A DNA stretch of 64,000 nucleotides, from positions 96,001 through 160,000 of the forward strand of contig JBEBGD010000001.1 of NCBI GenBank assembly GCA_040081625.1. The letters run 5' to 3'. This document shows positions 1 to 9,515 of the stretch, in pieces (the first letter of the stretch is position 1; every line of letters begins with the position of its first letter). Position numbers and translations under genes: made by a program. This stretch comes from Chthoniobacteraceae bacterium (lineage in GTDB: Bacteria > Verrucomicrobiota > Verrucomicrobiia > Chthoniobacterales > Chthoniobacteraceae). The notes below the pieces were generated by a model. The model did not search any database. It was given only the letters and a program-made list of their open reading frames with translations, and had not been told where the DNA came from.

Positions 1-1
1 G

Positions 2-430
2 CCGCCGGAGGGCGAGAGTCAGGGCCGCGGCAATAGCGGCGTGTTTTTCCACGGCGGCACCTACGAGATCCAGGTGCTCGATTCCTACAACAACAAGACC
101 TACCCCGATGGCCAGGCCTCCGGGCTCTACGGCCAGTGGCCGCCGCTCGTGAACGCTAGTCGCCCGGCCGGCGAGTGGCAGACCTACGACATCATCTTCG
201 AGAGTCCGCGGTGGAAGGACGGCAAGCTCGTCTCGCCCGCCTACGTCACGGTCTTCCACAATGGCGTGCTCACTCAGCCGCACCGCGCGCTCTACGGCGG
301 AACCACGCACAAGAAGATCAACGAATACAAAGAGCATCCCGAGAAAGGCCCGCTCGCGCTGCAGGACCACGGCAACCCGGTGCGCTATCGCAACGTCTGG
401 ATCCGCGAGATCAAGCCGCTCGCCGAGTAG
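2..430 (+). CDS. DUF1080 / 3-keto-disaccharide hydrolase family protein (5' truncated by window)
   Basis: Frame is open from the window start. Motifs GRGNSGVFF, YEIQVLDS, GEWQTYDI and GPLALQDHGNPVRYRNVWI; TAG at 428-430. Confidence 0.88.
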   Translation, partial: PPEGESQGRGNSGVFFHGGTYEIQVLDSYNNKTYPDGQASGLYGQWPPLVNASRPAGEWQTYDIIFESPRWKDGKLVSPAYVTVFHNGVLTQPHRALYGGTTHKKINEYKEHPEKGPLALQDHGNPVRYRNVWIREIKPLAE

Positions 431-431
431 C

Positions 432-530
432 GGCGGATTGCGTGGATTCTTGGCCACGGATTACACGGATGGGAACATGACGCATCCGCCGCGCTCGTCT
501 TCATCCGTGGTTTTCGTTCCGTGAAATCCG
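432..530. repeat. Intergenic imperfect inverted-repeat (REP-like) element
   Basis: CCACGGAT (454-461) pairs with ATCCGTGG (503-510). CGGATTACACGGA (457-469) pairs with TCCGTGAAATCCG (518-530, 1 mismatch). GGCGGAT (432-438) pairs with ATCCGCC (484-490). Confidence 0.6.
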
Positions 531-2299
531 AAGTGCCGGAGCCTGGTGCGATCGGCGGTCTGTCCGAGCTGCTGACTTTTGTCCGCCCGTATCGCGGCCG
601 GTTCATCGCGGCTATGTGCGCTTCGTTCATCTCGATGTCGTTCGGCCTCGCCTTCCCGTGGCTCGTCGGCCGCCTGCTCGACGCGTCGATTCCCTCGCTC
701 AAATCCGTCCCGGGCAACGTCTGGCTTCCATCCGTGAATGAAGTCGCCGCTGTCCTGCTGGTCACGCTCGCGATCCAGGCCGCGCTCACCTTTTTCTCGT
801 CCTACTCGTTCAATCGCGTCGGCGAGAGCAGCGTCGTCGCGCTGCGAAAGGCCGTGTATGCGCGGCTCGTCTCGTTGCCGATGAAGTTCTTCGGCGAGCA
901 CCGCGTCGGCGAACTCACGAGCCGGCTCTCGAACGACCTCGCGCAGATCCAGGACGTGCTCACCTTCGTCGTCGCCTCGGCCATCCGGCAGACGATGCTG
1001 TGTGGAGGCGGGCTCGTGATGATCGCCGTCACTTCGTGGCGGCTCGCACTCGTGATGGTGTCGTCATTTCCGGTGCTCATCATCGTGGCCGTGGTCGTCG
1101 GGCGCCGCGTCCGCAAGCTCTCGCGCGCCGCGCAGGACCGGCTCGCCGATAGCGCCGTGGTCGTCGAGGAGTCGCTGCAAAACATCGCAACCGTCAAATC
1201 GTTCACGAACGAGCACTACGAGTCCCGCCGCTACGGCGCGACGCTCGATGCCTTTCTCACGATCATCCTTCGCAGCGCGCGTGCTCGTGCCGCCCTCATT
1301 GCGTTCATCATCCTCGGTGTCTTCGGCTCGATCGTGCTCGTGCTCTGGCAAGGGGCGCGGCAGATGCAGGCCGGGCTGATGAGCCACGGCGATCTCACGA
1401 AGTTCATGCTCTACACCGCATTCGTCGGCGGCGCGGTCGGCTCATTCGCCGAGATCATCAGTCAGGTGCAGAAAGCCGTCGGCGCCACGCAACGCGTGCG
1501 CGAGCTGCTCGGCGAGACGCCTGAGGATTCCGGGATTTCGGGAATCCGGGATTCCAGGATTCGCGGTGCCGTCGCCTTCGATCGCGTCAGCTTCCGTTAC
1601 CCCTCGCGTCCCGATCTACCCGTCCTTCGCGAGCTCTCACTCGCCGCGCAGCCCGGCGAAAAGATCGCGCTCGTCGGTTCGAGTGGTGCGGGCAAATCCA
1701 CCGTCGTCTCGCTGCTCCTGCGCTTCTACGAACCCGACGAAGGCAGCCTCTGCCTCGACGGACGACCCGCGACGGAGTTTCCGCTCGATCACGTCCGCGC
1801 GAACCTCGCCGTCGTCGCGCAGGAGGTGTTGCTCTTCGGCGGCACCATCCGCGAGAACATCGCCTACGGACGGCCCGGCGCGAGCGACGCTGAAGTGCGC
1901 GATGCCGCCGCTCGCGCGCACTGCGAGGAATTCATCGCCCGCTTCCCCGAGGGCTACGACACGCTCGTGGGCGAACGCGGCGTGCAGCTCAGCGGCGGCC
2001 AGCGCCAGCGCGTCGCCCTCGCGCGCGCCTTCCTGCGCGATCCCGCGATCCTCGTGCTCGATGAAGCGACCAGTTCGCTCGATGCCGAGAGCGAGCAGCT
2101 CATCCAGCGCGCGCTCGACACGCTGCTCGCCGGCCGCACCGCGATCGTGATCGCGCATCGCCTGGCGACCGTGCGCCGCTGCGACCGCATCTACGTGATC
2201 GAATCCGGCACCGTGGTCGAGAGCGGCACGCACGACGAACTGATCGCGCGGGAAGGCGGCCGCTACCGCCAGCTCGCGGAGATGCAGTTTACGGCGTGA
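521..2299 (+). CDS. ABC exporter, fused TMD+NBD (MsbA/ABCB-like)
   Basis: N-terminal hydrophobic helices, Walker A GSSGAGKST, signature LSGGQRQR, Walker B ILVLDEATSSLD, H-loop IAHRL. GTG start. Confidence 0.93.
   Translation: MKSEVPEPGAIGGLSELLTFVRPYRGRFIAAMCASFISMSFGLAFPWLVGRLLDASIPSLKSVPGNVWLPSVNEVAAVLLVTLAIQAALTFFSSYSFNRVGESSVVALRKAVYARLVSLPMKFFGEHRVGELTSRLSNDLAQIQDVLTFVVASAIRQTMLCGGGLVMIAVTSWRLALVMVSSFPVLIIVAVVVGRRVRKLSRAAQDRLADSAVVVEESLQNIATVKSFTNEHYESRRYGATLDAFLTIILRSARARAALIAFIILGVFGSIVLVLWQGARQMQAGLMSHGDLTKFMLYTAFVGGAVGSFAEIISQVQKAVGATQRVRELLGETPEDSGISGIRDSRIRGAVAFDRVSFRYPSRPDLPVLRELSLAAQPGEKIALVGSSGAGKSTVVSLLLRFYEPDEGSLCLDGRPATEFPLDHVRANLAVVAQEVLLFGGTIRENIAYGRPGASDAEVRDAAARAHCEEFIARFPEGYDTLVGERGVQLSGGQRQRVALARAFLRDPAILVLDEATSSLDAESEQLIQRALDTLLAGRTAIVIAHRLATVRRCDRIYVIESGTVVESGTHDELIAREGGRYRQLAEMQFTA
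1525..1564 (+). repeat. Five tandem degenerate 8-mers (GGATTCCG) inside the ABC TMD-NBD linker
   Basis: GGATTCCG GGATTTCG GGAATCCG GGATTCCA GGATTCGC read directly from the sequence. Confidence 0.8.
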
Positions 2300-2344
2300 T
2301 CCCGCGCTAAGGCATCACTGCGGCGCGGATTGCCACGGAACCCT

Positions 2345-3517
2345 ATGACCTCCCGCCGCACCTTCCTCCGCAGCAGCCTCGTCACCGCAGCCTTCGCAAG
2401 TGTCGCCCGCGCCGATGCGCCCGGGATCAAGATCCTCGACACACGCGTGATCAGCCAGCAACCGGACCTCTACTGCGGCTGGCCCACGGTCGCGCGGCGC
2501 GCGAATGGCGAGCTGTGGGTGACGTGGAGCGGCGGGCGCGAGGCGCACGTCTGTCCATTCGGTCAAGTCGTGTCCATGACATCGCGCGATGACGGCGCGA
2601 CGTGGACGTATCCACGCGTGCTGCTCGATGGAGCGATTGATGATCGGGACTCCGGCGTGATCGAAACCGCGAAAGGCACGCTGCTCGTGACGACGTTCAC
2701 TTCGCTGGCGTATGAGCCGCTGCTGGCTAAGCAGGAAGGCATGACGGAACTTTCCGCCGACGGCTGGAAGAAGGGGCAGATGAAGCCCGAGCAACTCGCC
2801 CGCTGGAAAGCCGCCCACACGCGGCTGGACGACGCCGAACGCAAGGCCGAGCTCGGACAATGGCTCATCCGCTCGACCGACGGCGGCAAGACTTGGTCCA
2901 CGCGGATCGCCACGATCGCGAACAGCCCGCACGGCCCGATGCAGCTCCGCGACGGACGCCTGCTCTACGCGGGCAAAAAGCTCTGGACCGACGACAAGAA
3001 GATCGGCGTCAGCGAATCGACCGACGACGGGAAGACGTGGCGCTGGCTGGCGGAGATTCCGACGCGGAGCGGCGATCAGGTGCCGACGGGCTATCACGAG
3101 CTTCACGCTGTGGAAGCGGCGGACGGCACGCTCATCGCGCAGATTCGCAATCACAACGACGCGAACAAAGGCGAGACCCTGCAGAGCGAGTCGCGCGACG
3201 GCGGCAAGACGTGGAGCGAGCCGCACTCGATCGGCGTGTGGGGCCTGCCTTCGCATCTGCTGAAGCTGCGCGATGGCCGCTTGCTGATGACCTACGGCCA
3301 CCGGCGCAAGCCCTTCGGCAATCAAGCCCGCCTCAGCATCGACAACGGGAAGACGTGGGGCGAGGCGATGATCATCTCCGGCGACGGCATCGGCGGCGAT
3401 CTCGGCTACCCGAGCACGGTCGAACTCGCCGACGGCACGCTGCTGAGCGTCTGGTATGAGAAGATGGCGGAGCGCCCGTTGGCCGTGCTGCGTCAGGCGC
3501 GCTGGCGGCTGGCCTGA
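2345..3517 (+). CDS. Tat-exported BNR/Asp-box sialidase-like glycoside hydrolase
   Basis: Twin-Arg signal SRRTFL; five Asp boxes (SRDDGATW, STDGGKTW, STDDGKTW, SRDGGKTW, SIDNGKTW); C-terminal DLGYPS. Confidence 0.85.
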   Translation: MTSRRTFLRSSLVTAAFASVARADAPGIKILDTRVISQQPDLYCGWPTVARRANGELWVTWSGGREAHVCPFGQVVSMTSRDDGATWTYPRVLLDGAIDDRDSGVIETAKGTLLVTTFTSLAYEPLLAKQEGMTELSADGWKKGQMKPEQLARWKAAHTRLDDAERKAELGQWLIRSTDGGKTWSTRIATIANSPHGPMQLRDGRLLYAGKKLWTDDKKIGVSESTDDGKTWRWLAEIPTRSGDQVPTGYHELHAVEAADGTLIAQIRNHNDANKGETLQSESRDGGKTWSEPHSIGVWGLPSHLLKLRDGRLLMTYGHRRKPFGNQARLSIDNGKTWGEAMIISGDGIGGDLGYPSTVELADGTLLSVWYEKMAERPLAVLRQARWRLA

Positions 3518-3518
3518 C

Positions 3519-4532
3519 TCAGGGCTGGAACTGCCAGACCTCGTTCGTGCGAACGCGAGGACGAACCTCGCCGTTTGGGATCACGAAGCGCCCGCGCCAT
3601 TCGGCGACGGGCGCTGTCACGCGTGAGAACGGCAGGCCGTCGAGAGTGCTCCAACTATTCGCGGCGGTGTCGTAGGAGAGCGTGTTGCGCGGGAAGCCTG
3701 GATGCCTTTCGACCGGCTCGAACGTCACGTTCGCTCCGTCGTCGCCGCTGAAGATGAGCACGCGCCCGTCCTTTGCCGGCGCGGGAGACGGCGCGGCGAC
3801 GGCAGAGCGGGGGAGGTCGGCGAGCCGTTCCCAGCCATGGCCCGGCGTGAAGCGGTAGGCGTCGCGCAGGAAAGTGCGGACTGGCTTTCCTTCGGAGCTC
3901 GCGTGGAGGGCGGCGCCGCTGAAAAGGTAAAAGATACCGTCGAAGGCTGCGGCAACAGCGAGCATCCGTCCGGCTCCGGGCCACGGATCGAGCGCCTGCC
4001 AGCTTAGCTCCTTCGCGTCGAGGTCGAGCGCCCAGAACGTGCGCAGCGCGCTCGTCGAGGTGGGTGTCTGGATTCCGCCGGCGATGTAGATCGTGCGACC
4101 GAGCAGGGCACCGCACGCATTTGCGCAGGGGAGCGGGAGGTCGGGAAGCGGCGTGCGGACTAGCGTGCCGGCGTTCCAGCGCAGCCGAAAGCCGCTGGAG
4201 TAGAGCTGCGCGGCATCGCTGCCGCCGAAGCAGAGCAGGCTGTCGTCGGCGCTGATCGAGATCCCGTAGCCGAGCGGCCGCTCCAACTTTCCCGCGGTCG
4301 TCCATGCACCATCCGGCTTGGCGAGCACGAAGGCGGAGGCATACCACTTTTTGACAAACGGCTCCTTCCACTTGTCGCCCGCGATATTCGCACCGCCCGC
4401 GACGATCAGCGCGCCACCACTCACGCCTGCGAAAGTGCCGGCGAAGCCTTCCGCATCGGGAATCGGTGGGAGCTGCGACCAGTCGGCTGCGGTGGCGAAG
4501 GTGGACATGGCCACGAGGACGAGCGCGCGCAT
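3519..4532 (-). CDS. Secreted Kelch-repeat protein, NanM (sialic acid mutarotase)-like
   Basis: Start at MRALVLVAMSTFATA (ATG overlaps the upstream TGA). Kelch blades LIVAGGAN, IYIAGG, YLFSG; C-terminal GEVRPRVRT resembles the NanM-type GExxPGxR. Confidence 0.72.
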   Translation of the reverse strand: MRALVLVAMSTFATAADWSQLPPIPDAEGFAGTFAGVSGGALIVAGGANIAGDKWKEPFVKKWYASAFVLAKPDGAWTTAGKLERPLGYGISISADDSLLCFGGSDAAQLYSSGFRLRWNAGTLVRTPLPDLPLPCANACGALLGRTIYIAGGIQTPTSTSALRTFWALDLDAKELSWQALDPWPGAGRMLAVAAAFDGIFYLFSGAALHASSEGKPVRTFLRDAYRFTPGHGWERLADLPRSAVAAPSPAPAKDGRVLIFSGDDGANVTFEPVERHPGFPRNTLSYDTAANSWSTLDGLPFSRVTAPVAEWRGRFVIPNGEVRPRVRTNEVWQFQP

Positions 4533-5281
4533 CACCATTCGCCCGCGCGACCGAACTTTCCGCGCGCCGCGAGCCGGAACTGCCCGACCGTATCGTCGAT
4601 CGCCGCGCAGATTTCGTCGGTGGATTTCCCCGCCACGTCGCGGGCTGCGGGGATGACGGTGTTGCACTCGTTGGCATCCATGAACTTCGCCGCGTCGAGC
4701 AGTCGGGCTTCGTCTTCGGGCGGCACGGCGAGGAAGCCGTGCTTGTCGGCGTGGATGAGCTGACCGGGCTGCACTTTGCGGCCGAAGACTTCGACTTCGC
4801 AGCCCCATCGCGCGGGCGCGGCGAATGCGTGACCAACGCAGAGGCGCCGAGCGAGTGCCTTGAAGCCCGCGTTGCACATCTCGTCGAGATCGCGGATCGC
4901 GCCGTCGGTGATCGTGCCGACGCAGCCAAGCGAGCGATGGATGTTCGCGTTCACTTCGCCCCAGAACGACCCGATCACGCGCGGCTTGTCGAGGTCCTGC
5001 ACGACGATGATCTTCGGTCCCGGCGCGCTCGCGATGTAGCGGCGGTATTCGCTCATCGAGCCCGCGACTTTCGAGTGTGCGGCATTGCTCGGTTCGATCA
5101 CGACGGTGACGGCATATCCGACCATCGGCCCCATCTGCGGCATGAAGTCGCGGGTCTCCTCGATGTTGAAGCCGTCGGCAGCGGCGTTGTGTTTGGTGAT
5201 CTGCTCCCAGCCATTGTAGATCGTGGGAGTGTTCCAGCGCTTGAGTTGAAGAAGGTCGGCGTGCGGGAGGCGTTCGGACAT
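4532..5281 (-). CDS. RraA / HMG-aldolase-like family protein
   Basis: PMVGYAVT, FWGEVNA, ITDGAIRDLDE and VQPGQLIHADKHG are typical RraA-like motifs. Confidence 0.85.
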   Translation of the reverse strand: MSERLPHADLLQLKRWNTPTIYNGWEQITKHNAAADGFNIEETRDFMPQMGPMVGYAVTVVIEPSNAAHSKVAGSMSEYRRYIASAPGPKIIVVQDLDKPRVIGSFWGEVNANIHRSLGCVGTITDGAIRDLDEMCNAGFKALARRLCVGHAFAAPARWGCEVEVFGRKVQPGQLIHADKHGFLAVPPEDEARLLDAAKFMDANECNTVIPAARDVAGKSTDEICAAIDDTVGQFRLAARGKFGRAGEW

Positions 5282-5347
5282 GACGCGGCGATGTTATCGC
5301 TCGCACCGCATCCGCCAACACGCAAAACTCGGCGAAACACATACCCC

Positions 5348-7384
5348 ATGCGCATCGTATTCGTTGTCATCGCCGCAGTGTTCACGCCCTTCGCGCGCGC
5401 GGAGTCGCCCCGGGCCAAGGCAATGGCTGCGACCGTCGCGGTCTCGCCGCTCGCGGCGAAGACCGCACCGACGATCGCGTCGAAGGAGAACCACGGACCG
5501 GTTCAGCTCGCAAAAGATGCCGCGCCGGGTGCCGTGAATGGAAAGCACTACGATCTCATCGTCGTCGGCGGCACGGCGGGCGGCGTCGTGTGCGCGGTGC
5601 GCGCCGCGCGCGAGGGTTGTTCGGTCCTGCTTGTGCAGCACAATCGCCACCTCGGTGGAATGCTCGCGAACGGGCTGATGCAATGGGACGCGCTCTATGG
5701 CGGGCCGCGCGCGCCGCTGTTCACCGAGCTGCTGGCGAACATCGAGAAGCACTACGTCGCGACATTCGGCGAGAACTCGCACGATCATCAAACGATGCGC
5801 TTCACGCATGAGCATTACCCGGTGGGCTGGGTGGAACCGCACGTGATGGAGCGGGAGTGCAACCGGCTCGTCGCGGGCGAGCGGAACATCACGCTGCTGC
5901 TCTCGCATTATCCGGGCGCTGTCGAACGCGACGGTGCGATGCTCAAGTCGGTGACGCTGCGCGAGTATGGAACGACCAGGGACGTCCAGGCGACTGCGAC
6001 GATGTTTGCTGACGCCACGTATGAAGGCGATCTCTTCGCGCTTGCGAAGGTGCCGTATCGCGTCGGGCGCGAAGCGCGCGACGAGTTCAACGAGCCGCAC
6101 GCGGGAAAAATCTTCTGCAATGTCGGTGGCGGCGCCGCGCCGCGCGATGCGGTCGATGGCCGGCTGAACATCCGCGCCTACGGGCAGAGTCAGGGTGAAA
6201 TCGATCCGACGAGTCCGTTTACCGCCGACGGTGCGGTGCAGGCTTTCAACTACCGTTTCTGCGTTTCCAAGGATCCCGCTAACCGTGTGCTGCCGGCCAG
6301 GCCTGCAAACTACAACCGCGACGAATATGTGAACTACAACCGCAAAGGAATCGCGACGAATGCGGGGCCGAATCTCAAGTCGCACATGAACTCGCCGATC
6401 CTGCCGGGCGAGAATTACGCGTATCCCGACGCGTCGTGGCCGGAGCGCGAGAAGATCATCGCGCGGCATCGCGACTTCGCACTCGGACTGATATGGTTCC
6501 TGCAGAACGACGAATCAGTGAGCGAGGCGAAGCGCGCGGGGTTTCGCGAGTGGGGGCTCGCGAAGGATGAATTCACCGACAACGAACACATCCCCTACGA
6601 AATGTATGTGCGCGAGGCGCGGCGCATCGTGGGCCGGCACGTCTTCACCGAGCACGACAACTCGCTCGCTCCGGGCCTCGCGCGCACACCGATCATGCCC
6701 GACAGCGTCGCGGTTACCGATTGGTATATGGACTCGCACGCCTGCACCACCGAGTCGCGCCCCGGCTTCCACTACGACGGCAAGCTGATCCTCACCGAGG
6801 AGTCGCGTCCCGCGCAGATCCCGTATCGCGCGTTGCTGCCGCAAGGGGTGGACAATCTGCTCGTGCCCGTGTGCCTCTCGGCGACGCACGTCGCGTGGGG
6901 CGCGGTGCGCCTCGAACCCGTTTGGATGCAGACGGGTGAAGCGGCGGGGTTGGCCGCGGCGCTGGCGAGGAAGAACGGAACTACTCCCGCGCAGATCGAC
7001 GTGCGTGCGCTGGTGCGCGAGTTGTGCCGACGACGGCACCTCGTCAGTTTTTTCAACGACGTCAAAGTGGACGAGGCTGCCGAATGGATTCCCGCCGCGG
7101 AGTATTTCGGGACGCTCGGCCTCTTTGCGGGCTACGACGTGCGCGCCGCCGAGCCGTTGAAGCGCGAGACGGCACGTGTGTGGGTGGAGGCGCATGCGGG
7201 GAAACGCGATCCGCTCGTGACGGCGAGGCAGGTGGCCACGGCCGAGCGGAGCGCGCCAGGCATTTCCAACTCCGAGTTTGCCCGGTTGATCGGCGCCACG
7301 CCGGCCGCTGCCGGCGACGCGACAATCACTCGTGGTGAAGCACTCTCGGCTTTGTGGGCCACGGTAAACGCGAACACGAAATGA
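5348..7384 (+). CDS. Secreted FAD-dependent oxidoreductase (FAD_oxidored type)
   Basis: Signal peptide MRIVFVVIAAVFTPFARA; Rossmann YDLIVVGGTAGG; DATYEGDL; YVREARR; IPYRALLP; RLEPVWMQTGEAAG. Confidence 0.85.
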   Translation: MRIVFVVIAAVFTPFARAESPRAKAMAATVAVSPLAAKTAPTIASKENHGPVQLAKDAAPGAVNGKHYDLIVVGGTAGGVVCAVRAAREGCSVLLVQHNRHLGGMLANGLMQWDALYGGPRAPLFTELLANIEKHYVATFGENSHDHQTMRFTHEHYPVGWVEPHVMERECNRLVAGERNITLLLSHYPGAVERDGAMLKSVTLREYGTTRDVQATATMFADATYEGDLFALAKVPYRVGREARDEFNEPHAGKIFCNVGGGAAPRDAVDGRLNIRAYGQSQGEIDPTSPFTADGAVQAFNYRFCVSKDPANRVLPARPANYNRDEYVNYNRKGIATNAGPNLKSHMNSPILPGENYAYPDASWPEREKIIARHRDFALGLIWFLQNDESVSEAKRAGFREWGLAKDEFTDNEHIPYEMYVREARRIVGRHVFTEHDNSLAPGLARTPIMPDSVAVTDWYMDSHACTTESRPGFHYDGKLILTEESRPAQIPYRALLPQGVDNLLVPVCLSATHVAWGAVRLEPVWMQTGEAAGLAAALARKNGTTPAQIDVRALVRELCRRRHLVSFFNDVKVDEAAEWIPAAEYFGTLGLFAGYDVRAAEPLKRETARVWVEAHAGKRDPLVTARQVATAERSAPGISNSEFARLIGATPAAAGDATITRGEALSALWATVNANTK

Positions 7385-8535
7385 GGCCCGCACTTCTCTC
7401 CCTGCTGGCCGCGTCTGTCGCCATCGCTGCCGACGACTCCCTCGCCCCGTGGCGCGGCGGCGTCGCGATTCGCGAGGTTTCGCCAGGCGCGAACGCGCAC
7501 ACAATTCACTCCTACTTCAACACGTGCCCCGAAAGTCCCGACGGCACGCGAGTGCTCCTCTACAAGTCCACGACGCCGGATGCGCATCACGGCGAAGTGA
7601 GCATCCGCGATCGTGCGAGCGGCGACGAGCACGTGATCGCGCGCGACATCCATGTCGAGGACGCGCATCGCGTCGCGTGTCAGCAGTGGGCGTCGAATGG
7701 GCGGCGCGTTGTCTTTCACGGGCAGCGCGACGAGCGGTGGTTCGTGGCGGTTGTCGATCTCGACACCGGCGCAGAGCGCATCCTCGCCCGCGACCGTCTC
7801 GCGGCGTGGGGACAGCCGAACGCGGACTTCGTGCCGATCTACGGTCTGCACTGGAATCCGGGCGCGCATCGCGATCTGGAACTCGTGAATCTCGAGACGG
7901 GCGAGATCAGGACGGCGCTCACCGCGAACGCGGTGAAGGCCGCGTATCCCGCGTGGTTCGTGAAGGCTTTCGGCGACAAGCCGGTGTCGATTTTCTTTCC
8001 GGTGCTCTCGCCGGATTCGTCGCGCGTGTTTTTCAAGATGGCGTCGGCGAGCGGTGGCGATGCGCGGAGCAAGGCGGCGAGCCAGCGGGAGGGCCTCGTC
8101 TGCTACAGCCTCGCTGAGCAACGCTTTCTCTACTTGCGCGAGAAATGGGGGCATCCGTCGTGGCACCCCGACGGGCGCACGATCGTCGAAGTCGGCTTCA
8201 CGCACTTCGACAGCAACGACGGCGCTTACAAACGCTTGCCGGGTTTGCCCGCGGTGCGCGGCGATCATCCGTCGGCGAGCCCGGATGGAAAATTGATCGT
8301 CACCGACACGACGCTTGAGAAATTTGGCGGCACCGAGAAGGAGTGGGGCGTGGTCGTCGCCGATGCGCGTGGGAATGACTACGTGATCATCCATCGCTTC
8401 GACAATTCGCACGGCGCGAAATCGTGGCGCGTATCGCATCCGCACCCGGTCTTCAGCGCGGACGGGAAGCGGATCTATTTCAACGTGAGCAGCGGGCGGT
8501 GGACGACGCTGCACATCGCCGAGGCCGCGCGTTAA
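7381..8535 (+). CDS. Secreted beta-propeller, oligogalacturonate lyase/TolB-like
   Basis: ATGA overlap with the upstream gene; signal peptide; repeated SPDG/HPDG turns; C-terminal HPHPVFSADGKRIYFN. Confidence 0.65.
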   Translation: MRPALLSLLAASVAIAADDSLAPWRGGVAIREVSPGANAHTIHSYFNTCPESPDGTRVLLYKSTTPDAHHGEVSIRDRASGDEHVIARDIHVEDAHRVACQQWASNGRRVVFHGQRDERWFVAVVDLDTGAERILARDRLAAWGQPNADFVPIYGLHWNPGAHRDLELVNLETGEIRTALTANAVKAAYPAWFVKAFGDKPVSIFFPVLSPDSSRVFFKMASASGGDARSKAASQREGLVCYSLAEQRFLYLREKWGHPSWHPDGRTIVEVGFTHFDSNDGAYKRLPGLPAVRGDHPSASPDGKLIVTDTTLEKFGGTEKEWGVVVADARGNDYVIIHRFDNSHGAKSWRVSHPHPVFSADGKRIYFNVSSGRWTTLHIAEAAR

Positions 8536-9419
8536 TCCACGTGCTTCGGCGCGCGGATGGTGCCGGCGGCGAGGTCGCTCGCGCGGCGCTGCACGATGCG
8601 GTCGGCGACTTCGTGGACCATCTGCTCGAGCAGGCAGCGCAGGTGCGAGCCGGCGCGGAAATCCGCGGGCGCGATGTGCTTCACGCGATCGGCGTGCGTG
8701 CTGAGTTGGTAGCACTTCTTGAAGGACGAGCGCGACGGGTCGTCGGGGTTATAGACCGCGATCGCCTGGCCGCCGTGCTGGCGCACGACCGTGAAGCACG
8801 GCACGTCCGTCGGGCCGTCGCCGACGTAGATCATGTGCTCGAACGGCACGGGTCGCAGTTCAACGGGCATGTGGTCGTTCACGTCCTGCGAGTAGTCGAG
8901 CATGCCCTTGTTGATGCGGAAAAGGAACTGCGTCTTCTGCGTGTGCGAGATCACGCGGCGCGGGAAAGTGATCCGTCCGTCGCGGTCCTCGGCGAATTCG
9001 CAGCCGAAGATCGCCTTCACATGCGGCGCGATGCGTGAGCCGTCGATCAACGCCTTGAGCCCGCTCGATACGATGTAGTGCTCGACCTTGATGCCGTGGA
9101 CCTGGTGTTCGGTGGAGAGCAGGCCTTCGCGGAACTCATCGAACATCCCGGGCAATCCCGGAAAGAATTTCAGCCCCGCGCCGAGCGCCTGCAGCTCGGA
9201 GTTCTTCGGGCGATCCATGTCGAGGTAATCGAGCAGCGCCTTCATGTAGGCGAGTTCGTTGTCGTAGCCGTCGTCCTTCACGAGCGCGTGGCACCTGCTC
9301 CAAAACTTCTTCGCGTCGATGCCGAACTTCGGGAAGAGCACCTCGTCCTGCATGTAGTTGGGCGAGAGGGTCTGGTCGTAGTCGAAGACGATCGCGACGG
9401 TGGTTTGCGGGACGGACAT
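8532..9419 (-). CDS. HAD-superfamily hydrolase
   Basis: Motif I FDYDQTL, motif II IVSSG, motif IV YVGDGPTD. Confidence 0.85.
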   Translation of the reverse strand: MSVPQTTVAIVFDYDQTLSPNYMQDEVLFPKFGIDAKKFWSRCHALVKDDGYDNELAYMKALLDYLDMDRPKNSELQALGAGLKFFPGLPGMFDEFREGLLSTEHQVHGIKVEHYIVSSGLKALIDGSRIAPHVKAIFGCEFAEDRDGRITFPRRVISHTQKTQFLFRINKGMLDYSQDVNDHMPVELRPVPFEHMIYVGDGPTDVPCFTVVRQHGGQAIAVYNPDDPSRSSFKKCYQLSTHADRVKHIAPADFRAGSHLRCLLEQMVHEVADRIVQRRASDLAAGTIRAPKHVD

Positions 9420-9515
9420 GGCGTGCAGCGTGGCGGACAGGAACTCGCGCGCAAGCGCGAAGCGGTGGGTGTGTCTTCGTTGACCGGCGGCGGACTCCGT
9501 GATGCGATCGCTGCA

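Noticed and set aside
428..521. DUF1080 and the ABC gene share a frame separated by a single TAG (possible readthrough)
   Set aside because: DUF1080 ends at its normal C-terminus, the spacer is repeat DNA, and TAG ends other genes here normally.
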